From contig DVAE01000001.1 in the NCBI GenBank assembly GCA_014189675.1, positions 1-47,776 of the forward strand: a DNA stretch of 47,776 nt. Reading direction: 5' to 3'. Below the pieces are notes generated by a model. It did no database searches. It saw nothing but the letters and a program-made list of their open reading frames with translations, and was not told the DNA's origin. A program made the translations under genes and the position numbers. This document shows, in pieces, positions 9,056-18,316 of this stretch (the stretch's first letter is position 1; the number at the start of each line of letters is the position of its first letter). The stretch comes from Candidatus Undinarchaeales archaeon SRR5007147.bin71 (lineage in GTDB: Archaea > Undinarchaeota > Undinarchaeia > Undinarchaeales > Undinarchaeaceae).

Positions 9056-9270
9056 GTGCTAGGAGGTGAAGGCGGCGCAAACCTTCGGGGGTGCGCTTTG
9101 AAGTGTTTCGAAAGGGACACGGATGCTGCTGTAAAAAGCGGGTCTTCGCTTTATGGCTCCCATAAAATGCTGGGAGGTGAAGGCAGTACAATTCTTCGGA
9201 CTTGTGCTTTGAAATATCTTGAAAGAGATATGGATGCTGCTGTAAAAAGCGGGTCTTCACAACACAGCAC
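9056..9270 (+). ncRNA. Putative structured ncRNA made of two tandem four-way-junction domains
   Basis: 93-nt units at 9057-9149 and 9168-9260 differ by 18 substitutions and no indels. P2 and P3 stems show compensatory changes and carry UUCG and GAAA tetraloops; terminal GTGCT/AGCAC can pair; TATA box upstream. Confidence 0.8.
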
Positions 9271-10014
9271 TTAAAGTTCTGATTGCTTAGCAACCTTTTC
9301 TGCCTCTAGTCTGGCTTTTTCAGCATCTCCTAGATAGTAATTTTTTATAGGTTTCAAGTCCTTGTCAAGTTCATAAACGAGAGGGATTCCGGTTGGTATA
9401 TTTAACTTCGTTATTTCTTCGTCTGATATCTTATCCAAATATTTTACAAGAGCTCTGAGGCTGTTTCCGTGAGCGCAGATTATCAATTTCCGTTCTTCTT
9501 TTAATGCCGGAGCAATTTGCGCATTCCAATAAGGTAGCACTCTCCCAACAACGTCTTCCAAACTTTCTGTGCTTGGAATCTCAGTTTTTTCAAGATCTGC
9601 GTAAAGTTCGTCATTTTTTGGATGCCTCTCATCATCTTCGCTCAGCGAAGGCGGTCGAACATCATAACTTCTCCTCCACAGGAAAACTTTCTCTTCTCCT
9701 TCCGTTCTTGCTGTTTCTGCTTTGTTAAGTCCTTGGAGAGCTCCGTAGTGGCGTTCGTTTAGCCTCCAGCTCCTGTGAACAGGTATTTCGGAAAGCTCCA
9801 TCTCCTTTAGAACTATGTCAAGAGTTTCTGTTGAACGTTTTAAAACTGAAGTATAGGCTTCATCAAACACATAATTTCCTTCTGATAAAAGCTTGGCAGA
9901 ATCTCTGGCTTCTTCTTCACCTTTCTCAGTCAGTCCTATATCCGTCCATCCTGTAAACCTGTTTTCAAGATTCCATACACTTTCTCCGTGCCTTAGAAGT
10001 ACTAGTTTTATCAT
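9271..10014 (-). CDS. gpmA: 2,3-bisphosphoglycerate-dependent phosphoglycerate mutase
   Basis: [36 protein letters not shown] and NIPTGIP motifs. Confidence 0.97.
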   Translation of the reverse strand: MIKLVLLRHGESVWNLENRFTGWTDIGLTEKGEEEARDSAKLLSEGNYVFDEAYTSVLKRSTETLDIVLKEMELSEIPVHRSWRLNERHYGALQGLNKAETARTEGEEKVFLWRRSYDVRPPSLSEDDERHPKNDELYADLEKTEIPSTESLEDVVGRVLPYWNAQIAPALKEERKLIICAHGNSLRALVKYLDKISDEEITKLNIPTGIPLVYELDKDLKPIKNYYLGDAEKARLEAEKVAKQSEL

Positions 10015-10015
10015 A

Positions 10016-10702
10016 TTATATTTGGAAAAGGAGCCCTAGGTTATAAGTCAAAGCAGTCGCGAATATACCAATTGCTACCATTTCAAAACCTCCAACATAC
10101 CATTTTTTAACAGTAAATTTACTTTTTGCAGCTCCTCCTGCAAAAAGAACTGCTGCTGTGAAAGAAACTGCATATGGAAGTGCTTGTGCGGATAGAGAGA
10201 ATATCATAAAAGGTATTACCGGTATTATTGCACCCAAAACAAAGGCGAGTCCTGTGAATCCTGCCGCCTTCATCGGATTCTTATTACTGACCTTTCCAAA
10301 ACCAAGCTCTTCTTCCATCATTACTCTGAGCCATACTTCTTCATCAGATGTTATTACCTCAACAACTCTTTCTAAGTCCTTCCCTTTGAATCCCTTCTTC
10401 GCATAAATGTCACGTATTTCCTGTCTCTCTACATCAGGCATATCACGTATTTCTTGCTTTTCTCGCTCAAGCTCCTTGTCATACAGTTCAGAATTGGATT
10501 TAGTTGACAAGTAGTTGCTGGACATCATAGATATGGCTCCTGCGAGAACTTCTGCTATCCCAGCTATCAATACAATGTTGCTATGTGCGACGGCACCTGC
10601 TACCCCTGCAACAAGGGCTAGGTTTGAAATAAGGCCATCATTGAGTCCAAGTACGGCGTCTGATATGTATTTTTTCTCATCAATGAAATGCTTTTCTTCC
10701 AT
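10016..10702 (-). CDS. VIT1/CCC1 family Fe2+/Mn2+ transporter
   Basis: [16 protein letters not shown], acidic cytoplasmic metal-binding domain (ERE..EI...P..E..E) and MM.EELG. Confidence 0.93.
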   Translation of the reverse strand: MEEKHFIDEKKYISDAVLGLNDGLISNLALVAGVAGAVAHSNIVLIAGIAEVLAGAISMMSSNYLSTKSNSELYDKELEREKQEIRDMPDVERQEIRDIYAKKGFKGKDLERVVEVITSDEEVWLRVMMEEELGFGKVSNKNPMKAAGFTGLAFVLGAIIPVIPFMIFSLSAQALPYAVSFTAAVLFAGGAAKSKFTVKKWYVGGFEMVAIGIFATALTYNLGLLFQI

Positions 10703-10756
10703 GCAAGAGCTTATTTAAGAGTGGCATAAATATGTTTTGAAGCAGATATTCTTAAA

Positions 10757-11455
10757 ATGATTCCAAAAAAATATGTTGCAAGTCTTAAGAGCGTAGATGC
10801 GCTTTCTGACGATGTCAGTTATTTCACTTTTAATTTGGGCTCATCAATGCTTTTTGAGCCGGGGCAGTTTGTAATGATTTCTATGGATATCGGAGGTGAG
10901 ACTGTTAAGAGAGCCTACTCTATTGCCAACAGTCCAGAATCTACAGAGGCTCTTTCTTTCTGTGTCAAGCTTTTGAAAGATGGGAAACTTTCCTCTGCTC
11001 TTGACAAACTCGAAACAGGTGATACAGTGGAGATTCAGGGTCCTTATGGAAATTTTTTACTCTCTGAGCCTGGACTTGATCAGCTTTTTATAGCGGCAGG
11101 AACTGGTGTGGCTCCCTTAATTCCTATGCTGAAATCTTATCTTGAAAATAATACTTGTGAGGTAACCCTACTATTTGGCTTCAGACACGAAAAAGATTTT
11201 CTTTTTAAAAAAGACCTGGAAAAACTCACTTCAAGCTATGCAAACTTTAAGCTAGTTCCTATAATGAGTAGTCCTCATGAAGGGTGGACTGGCCTGTCTG
11301 GACACGTTACCTCATATCTTGCAGATCATATAAATGATATAGATAGAACAATTTCCTATGTCTGTGGTCATAATGATATGGTGGTCGCTGTTAGAAAGAT
11401 CTTAATCGAGTCTGGTTTAAGTCCAGAGAGAATAAAAATTGATAACTGGGGATAA
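10757..11455 (+). CDS. FAD/NAD(P)-binding oxidoreductase (ferredoxin-NADP reductase family)
   Basis: F.PGQF, RAYSIA, GPYGNF, AAGTGVAP and YVCG motifs. Confidence 0.9.
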   Translation: MIPKKYVASLKSVDALSDDVSYFTFNLGSSMLFEPGQFVMISMDIGGETVKRAYSIANSPESTEALSFCVKLLKDGKLSSALDKLETGDTVEIQGPYGNFLLSEPGLDQLFIAAGTGVAPLIPMLKSYLENNTCEVTLLFGFRHEKDFLFKKDLEKLTSSYANFKLVPIMSSPHEGWTGLSGHVTSYLADHINDIDRTISYVCGHNDMVVAVRKILIESGLSPERIKIDNWG

Positions 11456-12874
11456 TTACCCCTTCAGAACTCCAAGAGGAATCAATCTTGCCACAATTTT
11501 CCCAATTCCAAGTTCGTGCGATACTTTGACGACTTCGTCAATATCCTTGTAAGCACCGGGAGCTTCCTCTGAAACACCTCTCCAGCTTGCTGATCTAACA
11601 AGTATTCCTTTTCGTTTCAAGTCTTTCTGAACTTTTTCTCCTGTATATAGTTTATTTGCCTGATGTCTGCTCATAAGACGTCCGGCTCCGTGTGGTGTGC
11701 TCCCAAAAGTTTCCTTCATCCCTTCCTCAGTCCCTACAAGTACATAGGAAGCAGTTCCCATGCTTCCAGGTATCAGAATAGGCTGTCCGACATCCCTATA
11801 TATTTCAGGTATCTCTTTCTGGCCCGGACCAAAGGCTCTTGTTGCACCTTTCCTATGTACATAGACTTTTTTCATTTTGCCGTCTATTTCATGCTCCTCA
11901 AGCTTTGCCATGTTGTGGCATACGTCGTACATCAGTTTCAAATCAGAATCAGGGAATACTTTCTTGAATGAATTTCTTGTTTCATATGTCATAACTTGCC
12001 TGTTACACCATCCAAAATTTGCTGCCGCACTCATAGCTTTATAATAATCATCAGCGATCTCAGTTCCAAGAGGCGCGTATATCAGCTCCTTATCTTCAAG
12101 ACTTTTGAATATTTTAGGCTGTTCTGTTTCCATTCTTCTCAAATAGTCTGTACAGACTTGGTGACCGAGACCTCTTGAGCCTGAGTGTATAATTATAAGG
12201 ACTTGGCCTTCTTCCTTTATTCCAAATTTTTCCGCCGTGCTTTTATCCAGTATCTTTTCAACAGCCTGAATCTCTATAAAGTGGTTTCCGGCTCCTAATG
12301 AGCCAACCTGTTTTCGTCCGCGTTTTTTCGCACGGTCTGAAACTTTTGAAGAGTCCGCCTGCGGCATCCTTCCATTTTCTTCACAACGTTCCTTGTCTTC
12401 CTCTGTTGCGTATCCCTTCTTAATTGCCCAGTCTATTCCTGTATCAAGAAGTTCTTCAAGCTCACTAGTTTCCAGCCTTATTTTGGATTCAGATCCTATT
12501 CCTGTATGAATATTTTCATAGAGAACATTGAGAATCTCCTCTAACTTTTCCTTTACTTCATCCACTCCTAGATTGGAGCTTAATATCCGTACTCCGCAGT
12601 TTATGTCGTATCCAATGCCTCCGGGACTGATAATTCCCCTTTCTGCGTCAAAGGCGGCAACACCTCCTATTGGAAAGCCGTAGCCTTGGTGGGCGTCCGG
12701 CATCATTATTGCATGCTTGCAAATTCCTGGAAGTTTTGTCATGTTAATCCCCTGTTCAAGTGCTCTGTCCTTTTCTATATCTTCCATCAGCTTTTCTGAA
12801 GCGAAGACTTTAAGGGGGACTTTCATATCCCCCTTTTTCTCAAATACATAGGTATTTTCTGATTCTTTTTTCAT
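11456..12874 (-). CDS. rtcB: RNA 3'-phosphate/5'-OH ligase RtcB
   Basis: MPDAHQGYGFPIGG, GYDINCG, GNHF.E, HSGSRG.GH, HRKGAT and HGAGR motifs; ATG at 12874 overlaps the archease stop. Confidence 0.97.
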   Translation of the reverse strand: MKKESENTYVFEKKGDMKVPLKVFASEKLMEDIEKDRALEQGINMTKLPGICKHAIMMPDAHQGYGFPIGGVAAFDAERGIISPGGIGYDINCGVRILSSNLGVDEVKEKLEEILNVLYENIHTGIGSESKIRLETSELEELLDTGIDWAIKKGYATEEDKERCEENGRMPQADSSKVSDRAKKRGRKQVGSLGAGNHFIEIQAVEKILDKSTAEKFGIKEEGQVLIIIHSGSRGLGHQVCTDYLRRMETEQPKIFKSLEDKELIYAPLGTEIADDYYKAMSAAANFGWCNRQVMTYETRNSFKKVFPDSDLKLMYDVCHNMAKLEEHEIDGKMKKVYVHRKGATRAFGPGQKEIPEIYRDVGQPILIPGSMGTASYVLVGTEEGMKETFGSTPHGAGRLMSRHQANKLYTGEKVQKDLKRKGILVRSASWRGVSEEAPGAYKDIDEVVKVSHELGIGKIVARLIPLGVLKG

Positions 12875-13305
12875 ATGTCTACAACCACCTGCACTATGCA
12901 CTTTTCTGGTCTGTCGTCTACTATCATTTCACTATATGTCATGGATTTTATATTTCCTGAGACTAGATACTTTTTATCTCCTCTCTTATGAAGGTCCCCA
13001 GCTGCAAGAGCCTTCAAGGTGTAGCCTGTCGCTTCCTTATTTATTTTAAGCTCCTTTATTTCATTAAGGAGGAAATTATCAGTATCTAGGAGGAAAAGGA
13101 GCTCATCTAGGTATTCATAAAGAAGTTCAGGCAAGCCATTTCCTTGCACTTCCACGGTTTTTTCAACAATTGACTGAACCTTTTCCGTGTCAGTTAGGAT
13201 TCCAAACATCGCAAGAGCTGCGTTTGAGAAAGCTTCCTCAATAGTTTTTCCAAATGCCCTGAATTTCGCGTCTGCTGTATGTTCAAGATATTCGTATTTT
13301 TTCAT
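12871..13305 (-). CDS. Archease (RtcB cofactor)
   Basis: YEYLEHTAD, IKSMTY and C-terminal VVDI; adjacent to rtcB. Confidence 0.95.
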   Translation of the reverse strand: MKKYEYLEHTADAKFRAFGKTIEEAFSNAALAMFGILTDTEKVQSIVEKTVEVQGNGLPELLYEYLDELLFLLDTDNFLLNEIKELKINKEATGYTLKALAAGDLHKRGDKKYLVSGNIKSMTYSEMIVDDRPEKCIVQVVVDI

Positions 13306-13326
13306 TAAAAAAGGTAGATTGAATAG

Positions 13327-14079
13327 CTAAATAAGTCCTTCGTAGCCTTTCTTCTCAATCTCTTCTGCAAGTTCCGGACCACCAGATTTTACAATTTTCC
13401 CCTTGTTCATAACAATAACTCTATCCGGTTTTATATAGTTCAGAATGCGCTGGTAGTGTGTAATTATTAAGACTCCCATATTATCACTTCTTATTTTGTT
13501 AATGCCTGATGCTACTGCTTTTAGTGCATCGACATCAAGGCCTGAGTCAGTTTCATCTAAAATTGCTATTTCAGGCTTTAACACTGCCATTTGGAGTATT
13601 TCAGTAATTTTTTTCTCTCCACCAGAAAACCCCTCATTCAAATATCTGGATAAGAATGATTCATCAATATTGAGCTCATCCGCGTTTTCTTTAATTTCAT
13701 CGTAGAATTTAAGAATATCAATTTTTTCATTTTTTTCAAGTCTCGACTGCATCGCCGTTCTTAGGAAATTTGCAACGGTAACTCCTGTGATTGCAGAAGG
13801 GTACTGAAAGGACAGAAAAATTCCTAATTTTGAGCGCTTGTCTGGGCTTAGCTCAAGAATGTTCTTGCCTTTGTATGTCACTTCTCCAGAATCAACCTTG
13901 TAATTTGGATTGCCCATAATAATGTTAGCAAGCGTGCTTTTACCAGAGCCATTAGGTCCCATCAAAGCTACAACTTCCCCTTTGCCAATCTCTAGATTGA
14001 CACTTTTCAATATTTTTTCATTATCTACACTAACTTCTAGGTTTTTTACTACAAGTTTGTCTTTAGATAGGTCTTCCAT
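13327..14079 (-). CDS. sufC: Fe-S assembly ATPase SufC
   Basis: GPNGSGKST, FQYP, NEGFSGGEKK, LDETDSGLD and ITHYQRIL motifs. Confidence 0.96.
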   Translation of the reverse strand: MEDLSKDKLVVKNLEVSVDNEKILKSVNLEIGKGEVVALMGPNGSGKSTLANIIMGNPNYKVDSGEVTYKGKNILELSPDKRSKLGIFLSFQYPSAITGVTVANFLRTAMQSRLEKNEKIDILKFYDEIKENADELNIDESFLSRYLNEGFSGGEKKITEILQMAVLKPEIAILDETDSGLDVDALKAVASGINKIRSDNMGVLIITHYQRILNYIKPDRVIVMNKGKIVKSGGPELAEEIEKKGYEGLI

Positions 14080-14084
14080 TTTAA

Positions 14085-14486
14085 CTATTCCTTTACCTCT
14101 ATACTTCCTTCTTCTTCACTTGAGTCTAGGGCACACTTTACTGTTACTAGACCTAGTATTGCACATTTTGTTCTTACGGGACCGACACTTATCTTAAGCA
14201 TATCTAGAATGTCTGGACGCTCAAGTGCTTTAATTTCCTCAACAGATAGGTTCTTAATCTTTTCCGTGAGCATGGATGAAGCCGCCTGGCTTATTGCACA
14301 GCCTTTTCCTTCAAACATTATATCTCTTAAGATATTATTGTCAATTTTAAGTGTATAAACAAGCTTATCTCCGCAGAGGGGGTTTTCTCCTGTGAAAGTG
14401 ATATCTGCCTTCTCAAGCCTGCCATAATTACGTGGATTCTTATAATGTTCCATTATATTCTCCCGATATATCGTGTCAGTGTTCAC
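14085..14486 (-). CDS. sufU: SufU/IscU-type Fe-S scaffold or sulfur-transfer protein
   Basis: HYKNPRN, NPLCGD, GCAISQA and R.KCA motifs. Confidence 0.92.
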   Translation of the reverse strand: MNTDTIYRENIMEHYKNPRNYGRLEKADITFTGENPLCGDKLVYTLKIDNNILRDIMFEGKGCAISQAASSMLTEKIKNLSVEEIKALERPDILDMLKISVGPVRTKCAILGLVTVKCALDSSEEEGSIEVKE

Positions 14487-15706
14487 TTAAACAAGTCCCG
14501 TGCTTTCTTTAAAGCTTCCACAAAAATATCAATTTCTTCTTTTGTATTGTAAAGATAAAAACTTGCCCTTGCACTTGCGTCTATTCCCAATAATTTCATG
14601 AGAGGCTGTGTACAATGGTGCCCTCCTCGTATCGCTACTCCTTCTTCGTCCACAAGTGCCGATATATCGTGCGGATGTATTCCTTCCATAGTGAAAGAAA
14701 TTATCCCAGCCAGTTTCTCTAAAGTAGGTGTGTACAGCCTCAGATCTTCAAAGTTTTCCAGCTCTTCAAGTGCATATTTAGTAAGTTCTTTTTCGTGCTG
14801 GTATATTTTATTCATACCTACCTTATTTAGGTAGTCAATAGCCTTTCCAAAACCAATACCTTGAGCAATATTTGCTGTTCCTGCTTCAAACTTCCATGGA
14901 CTTACATTCCATTTTGCTGAATCATATTCAACTTCAGAAATCATCCCTCCTCCAAAATTGAAGGGTTCCAGTTCTTTCATAAGTTCTTCTTTGCCATACA
15001 GAGCTCCTATCCCAGTGGGTCCGAGCATTTTATGGCCTGAAAATGCAAAAAAGTCACAGTCAATATCTTTTACATCTATTTCCATATGTGGCGCACTTTG
15101 GGCTCCGTCAACAATCATAAGGGCATTGTTATCATGGGCTATTTTTCCAAGTGTCTTAACATCATTTATAGTTCCAAGCGAGTTCGACACATGTACAGCA
15201 GAAACAAGTTTTGTTTTGCTGCTCATAAGTTCTGCAGCTTGCTCCAAATTTAATGCATAATCATCATTTATCTCAATGAATTTCATCTGTGCCCCTGTTT
15301 TATTACAAATTTGCTGCCATGGGAGTAAATTACTGTGGTGTTCCATGCGCGTTATAACAATTTCATCATTTTTCTTTAGATTGTTTAATCCCCAGGAATA
15401 TGCGAGTAAATTAAGGGATTCTGTGGTATTTTTGGTAAATGCAAGTTCAGCCATTGAGTTGGCTCCTATAAAGTTAGCAACTTTCCGGTGGGCGCCTTCA
15501 TAGAGCTCAGATGCTTCCTCACTTAAAGTAGAGGTTCCTCTGTGTACGTTAGCATTTGAATTCGTATAAAAATCCGAGATGGAATCAATAACACTCTGAG
15601 GCTTTTGGGAAGTTGAGGCATTATCAAAATACACCAATGCATTTCCATTTATCTCCCTCTTTAAAATCGGAAAATCTTTCCGTATCTTTTCAGTGTTTAA
15701 GCTCAT
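14483..15706 (-). CDS. sufS: Cysteine desulfurase SufS
   Basis: YFDNASTSQKP, FSGHKMLGPTG, FEAGT and RGGHHC motifs. Confidence 0.96.
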   Translation of the reverse strand: MSLNTEKIRKDFPILKREINGNALVYFDNASTSQKPQSVIDSISDFYTNSNANVHRGTSTLSEEASELYEGAHRKVANFIGANSMAELAFTKNTTESLNLLAYSWGLNNLKKNDEIVITRMEHHSNLLPWQQICNKTGAQMKFIEINDDYALNLEQAAELMSSKTKLVSAVHVSNSLGTINDVKTLGKIAHDNNALMIVDGAQSAPHMEIDVKDIDCDFFAFSGHKMLGPTGIGALYGKEELMKELEPFNFGGGMISEVEYDSAKWNVSPWKFEAGTANIAQGIGFGKAIDYLNKVGMNKIYQHEKELTKYALEELENFEDLRLYTPTLEKLAGIISFTMEGIHPHDISALVDEEGVAIRGGHHCTQPLMKLLGIDASARASFYLYNTKEEIDIFVEALKKARDLFK

Positions 15707-16886
15707 TTATTCCTCCCACTCTTTCAAGAATTATTTTCTTCAAGTCGGCCTTTACTACCTCTACTGGTATTTTCTGAATAAAGGGCTCAAAAAATCCTTC
15801 CACGAGTTTTCTCTTTGCAGTAATTTCATCCATTCCGCGTGTCATCATATAAAATAACTTACTCTTGTCAATCTGTCCAATTGCAGTTCCATGGCTGCAT
15901 TTTACATCGTTGTTGTCAATTTCTAGATTGGGGACAGCCGAAGCTTCCGCATCACTACTTAACAGTAATGTTTCCTCGTTTTGATATCCGTCTGAATTTG
16001 GTGCCCCTTTTTCAATCCGCACAAGGCCACGGTATATTGCCTTTGATTTTCCATCTAAGGCGCCTTTGACATCTAAATATGATTTTGTATCCTTTGCTTT
16101 ATGATGTGCCTCCAGATAAAAATCAAAATTCTGCTCACCTCTTCCAAAGAACATACTTCTGCTACTTACATTAGAACCACGGCCTTCAAGGTTTGTAATA
16201 AGGGTAACCCCTCCAAACCTCGCTCCAATATCACATGCTATCCAATCGATAGTGGCATCTTTTTGTACATGGGCAATTTTCTTTGAGAAGTAATTTGTCT
16301 TTTCACTAAGATTTTGGAATTCACCATATTGAATTCTTGCTGAATCTTGAACATGAATCTCAATATTACTTGTTTTGAATTGCGGGTTCCCGGTGCTCTT
16401 CTGGAGAACTGTCATCTTGCTTCTAGGCTCTGCAACAAGTAAATTATGCTCAGCAATTGCAATTGCTTTTGCATCACTTGTAATATTAACAGGAGTTTTA
16501 ACTTCGCTTCCCTCTGTAATTTTTACAAACAGTCCTTCACTCCAAACAGCCTGGTGAAGTGCTTCAATTTTATTTACTGGGCTTGTCTTGAATAAGTAGT
16601 CTTTCAAATCCTCGTCTTTAACCGCATCTGAAAGCTTCTTAACAATAATTTTATCGTCTGCAGTGCTTCTTATCTCTGAAGGTAGGCTCCAAAGGTTTTT
16701 CGGAACTGCAATTTCCAAATCAAGCGTATCAGTGTTTAGATTTATCCCCAGCCCGTAACTGAAGTTCGGGTCTTCAAATTTTTCAAATTGCTTCAATCCA
16801 TCTAGCCGTTTCTTTAGTAGCCATTTTGGCTCGTCTCTGCCTGCAGAGAATACCCTAATTGCTTCAGTACTCAATTCAGAAGACAT
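15690..16886 (-). CDS. sufD: Fe-S assembly protein SufD
   Basis: SufBD beta-helix with PNLEI..NDVKCSHG and FYM.TRG. Confidence 0.92.
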   Translation of the reverse strand: MSSELSTEAIRVFSAGRDEPKWLLKKRLDGLKQFEKFEDPNFSYGLGINLNTDTLDLEIAVPKNLWSLPSEIRSTADDKIIVKKLSDAVKDEDLKDYLFKTSPVNKIEALHQAVWSEGLFVKITEGSEVKTPVNITSDAKAIAIAEHNLLVAEPRSKMTVLQKSTGNPQFKTSNIEIHVQDSARIQYGEFQNLSEKTNYFSKKIAHVQKDATIDWIACDIGARFGGVTLITNLEGRGSNVSSRSMFFGRGEQNFDFYLEAHHKAKDTKSYLDVKGALDGKSKAIYRGLVRIEKGAPNSDGYQNEETLLLSSDAEASAVPNLEIDNNDVKCSHGTAIGQIDKSKLFYMMTRGMDEITAKRKLVEGFFEPFIQKIPVEVVKADLKKIILERVGGINELKH

Positions 16887-16888
16887 AT

Positions 16889-18316
16889 TTAACCTATAGA
16901 GCCCTCCATCTCCATTTCAATAAGTCGATTTAATTCAACAGCGTATTCCAGGGGCAGTTCTTTCACTATTGGTTCGATAAATCCTGAAACAATCATTTTT
17001 TTTGCCTCTTCTTCGTTGAGCCCACGGGACATTAAGTAAAATATATCATCTGAGCTTATTTTTCCTACACTTGCTTCATGTGAAACGTCAACTGCGTCTT
17101 CATTTATTTTCATGTAAGGATATGTGTTTGAAACTGAGATGTCATCAACTAAAAGGGCGTCACACTGTACACTTGCTTTGCTATCTACAGCTCCCTTATT
17201 AATCCCAAGGTAGCCTCTGTAAGAAGTTACTCCCCCTCCTTTGCTTATACTCTTGGCTGTGATTGTTGAGCTTGTGTTCGGGGCAAGGTGGTACATCTTA
17301 CTTCCTGTGTCCTGATTCTGTTCCCCAGAAGCAAATGCAATTCCAAGGTAATCTGAGCGAGCACCTCTTCCAATGAGCAGACTTGATGGATAAAGCATTG
17401 TTACACAGCTTCCCATATTACCATTAACCCATTCAAGTGTTCCGTTCTTTTCAACAAGCCCTCTTTTGGTGTTTAGGTTGAATGTGGTTTTGCTCCAATT
17501 CTCCACGGAGCTATATCTTCCCTTAGCACCTTCATTGATGAATATTTCAACTCCACCTGCATGTAGGGAATATTCGTTATATTTTGGAGCTGAACAGCCC
17601 TCAATGTAATGGAATTCTGAATTTTTGTCAGCAATTAATAGTGTATGTTCAAATTGTCCTCCAGCTTCCGCATTCATTCTGAAGTAGGCCTGTAGAGGCA
17701 TGTCTACTTTCACACCTTCCGGAATATAGAGGAAAGTTCCTCCTGACCAGACCGCTCCATGCAGAGCTGCGAATTTATGCAGACTTGGTGGGATGCATTT
17801 AGTCATAAAGTGTTTTTTAACAAGTTCAGGATATTCCTGTACGCCTACATCCATATCTAAGAATACGACACCTTGGGTTTCCCACTCCTTCTTTAAATTG
17901 TGATATACAACATCACTTTCATACTGAGCTCCTACTCCTGCGAGAGATTTTTGTTCAGCTTCAGGTATTCCAAGTTTTTCAAATGTATTCTTGATATCGT
18001 CAGGAACCTCATCCCATGTTTTTGTATTTCGTTCAGCGTCGGGTGACATATAGAAATGAATCTTATTCAAATCGAGTTTCTCCAGTCTTGGGCCCCATGT
18101 TGGCATTGGCATTTTCTCAAAAATGTTCAGGCATTTTAATCTGTGTTCAAGCATCCAATCTGGTTCGTTCTTCTCTGAAGAAATTAATCTTACGACATCT
18201 TCACTCAGTCCGGGTTCAGGTTTTAAGCGATGCCGTTCCTCGTTTGCATGATCAAATCTCTCCCTATTAATTTTAGTGGCGAGTTTCTGCTTTTCCAGTA
18301 TTTGTGAATCAGTCAT
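16889..18316 (-). CDS. sufB: Fe-S assembly protein SufB
   Basis: GVGAQYES, GQFEHTL, YIEGCSAP and HEASVGKI..FYLMSRG motifs. Confidence 0.97.
   Translation of the reverse strand: MTDSQILEKQKLATKINRERFDHANEERHRLKPEPGLSEDVVRLISSEKNEPDWMLEHRLKCLNIFEKMPMPTWGPRLEKLDLNKIHFYMSPDAERNTKTWDEVPDDIKNTFEKLGIPEAEQKSLAGVGAQYESDVVYHNLKKEWETQGVVFLDMDVGVQEYPELVKKHFMTKCIPPSLHKFAALHGAVWSGGTFLYIPEGVKVDMPLQAYFRMNAEAGGQFEHTLLIADKNSEFHYIEGCSAPKYNEYSLHAGGVEIFINEGAKGRYSSVENWSKTTFNLNTKRGLVEKNGTLEWVNGNMGSCVTMLYPSSLLIGRGARSDYLGIAFASGEQNQDTGSKMYHLAPNTSSTITAKSISKGGGVTSYRGYLGINKGAVDSKASVQCDALLVDDISVSNTYPYMKINEDAVDVSHEASVGKISSDDIFYLMSRGLNEEEAKKMIVSGFIEPIVKELPLEYAVELNRLIEMEMEGSIG

Noticed and set aside
9124..9142. tRNA-Tyr anticodon mimic (CUGUAAA) in P4 of the candidate RNA
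   Set aside because: It requires an alternative register with a G.A closing mismatch. The simpler CUGCU/AGCGG stem explains the sequence, and there is no covariation to decide between them.
9056..9270. Identification as SRP RNA, RNase P RNA, rRNA fragment, tandem glycine riboswitch or hammerhead ribozyme
   Set aside because: Lacks the SRP helix-8 motif, RNase P GAGGAAAGUCC, glycine-aptamer GGAGA/CCGAAG/CUCAGG and hammerhead CUGAUGA cores. The GCTAGGAGGT resemblance to 23S H43 does not extend.
9056..9274. 72-aa ORF (MLGGEG... twice) and antisense 92-aa ORF over the tandem repeat
   Set aside because: Differences between the two units are largely non-synonymous but preserve base pairing, which points to RNA-level selection. 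The 111-nt period is a multiple of 3, so an open frame is unsurprising. Leaderless translation from GTG 9056 is not strictly excluded.
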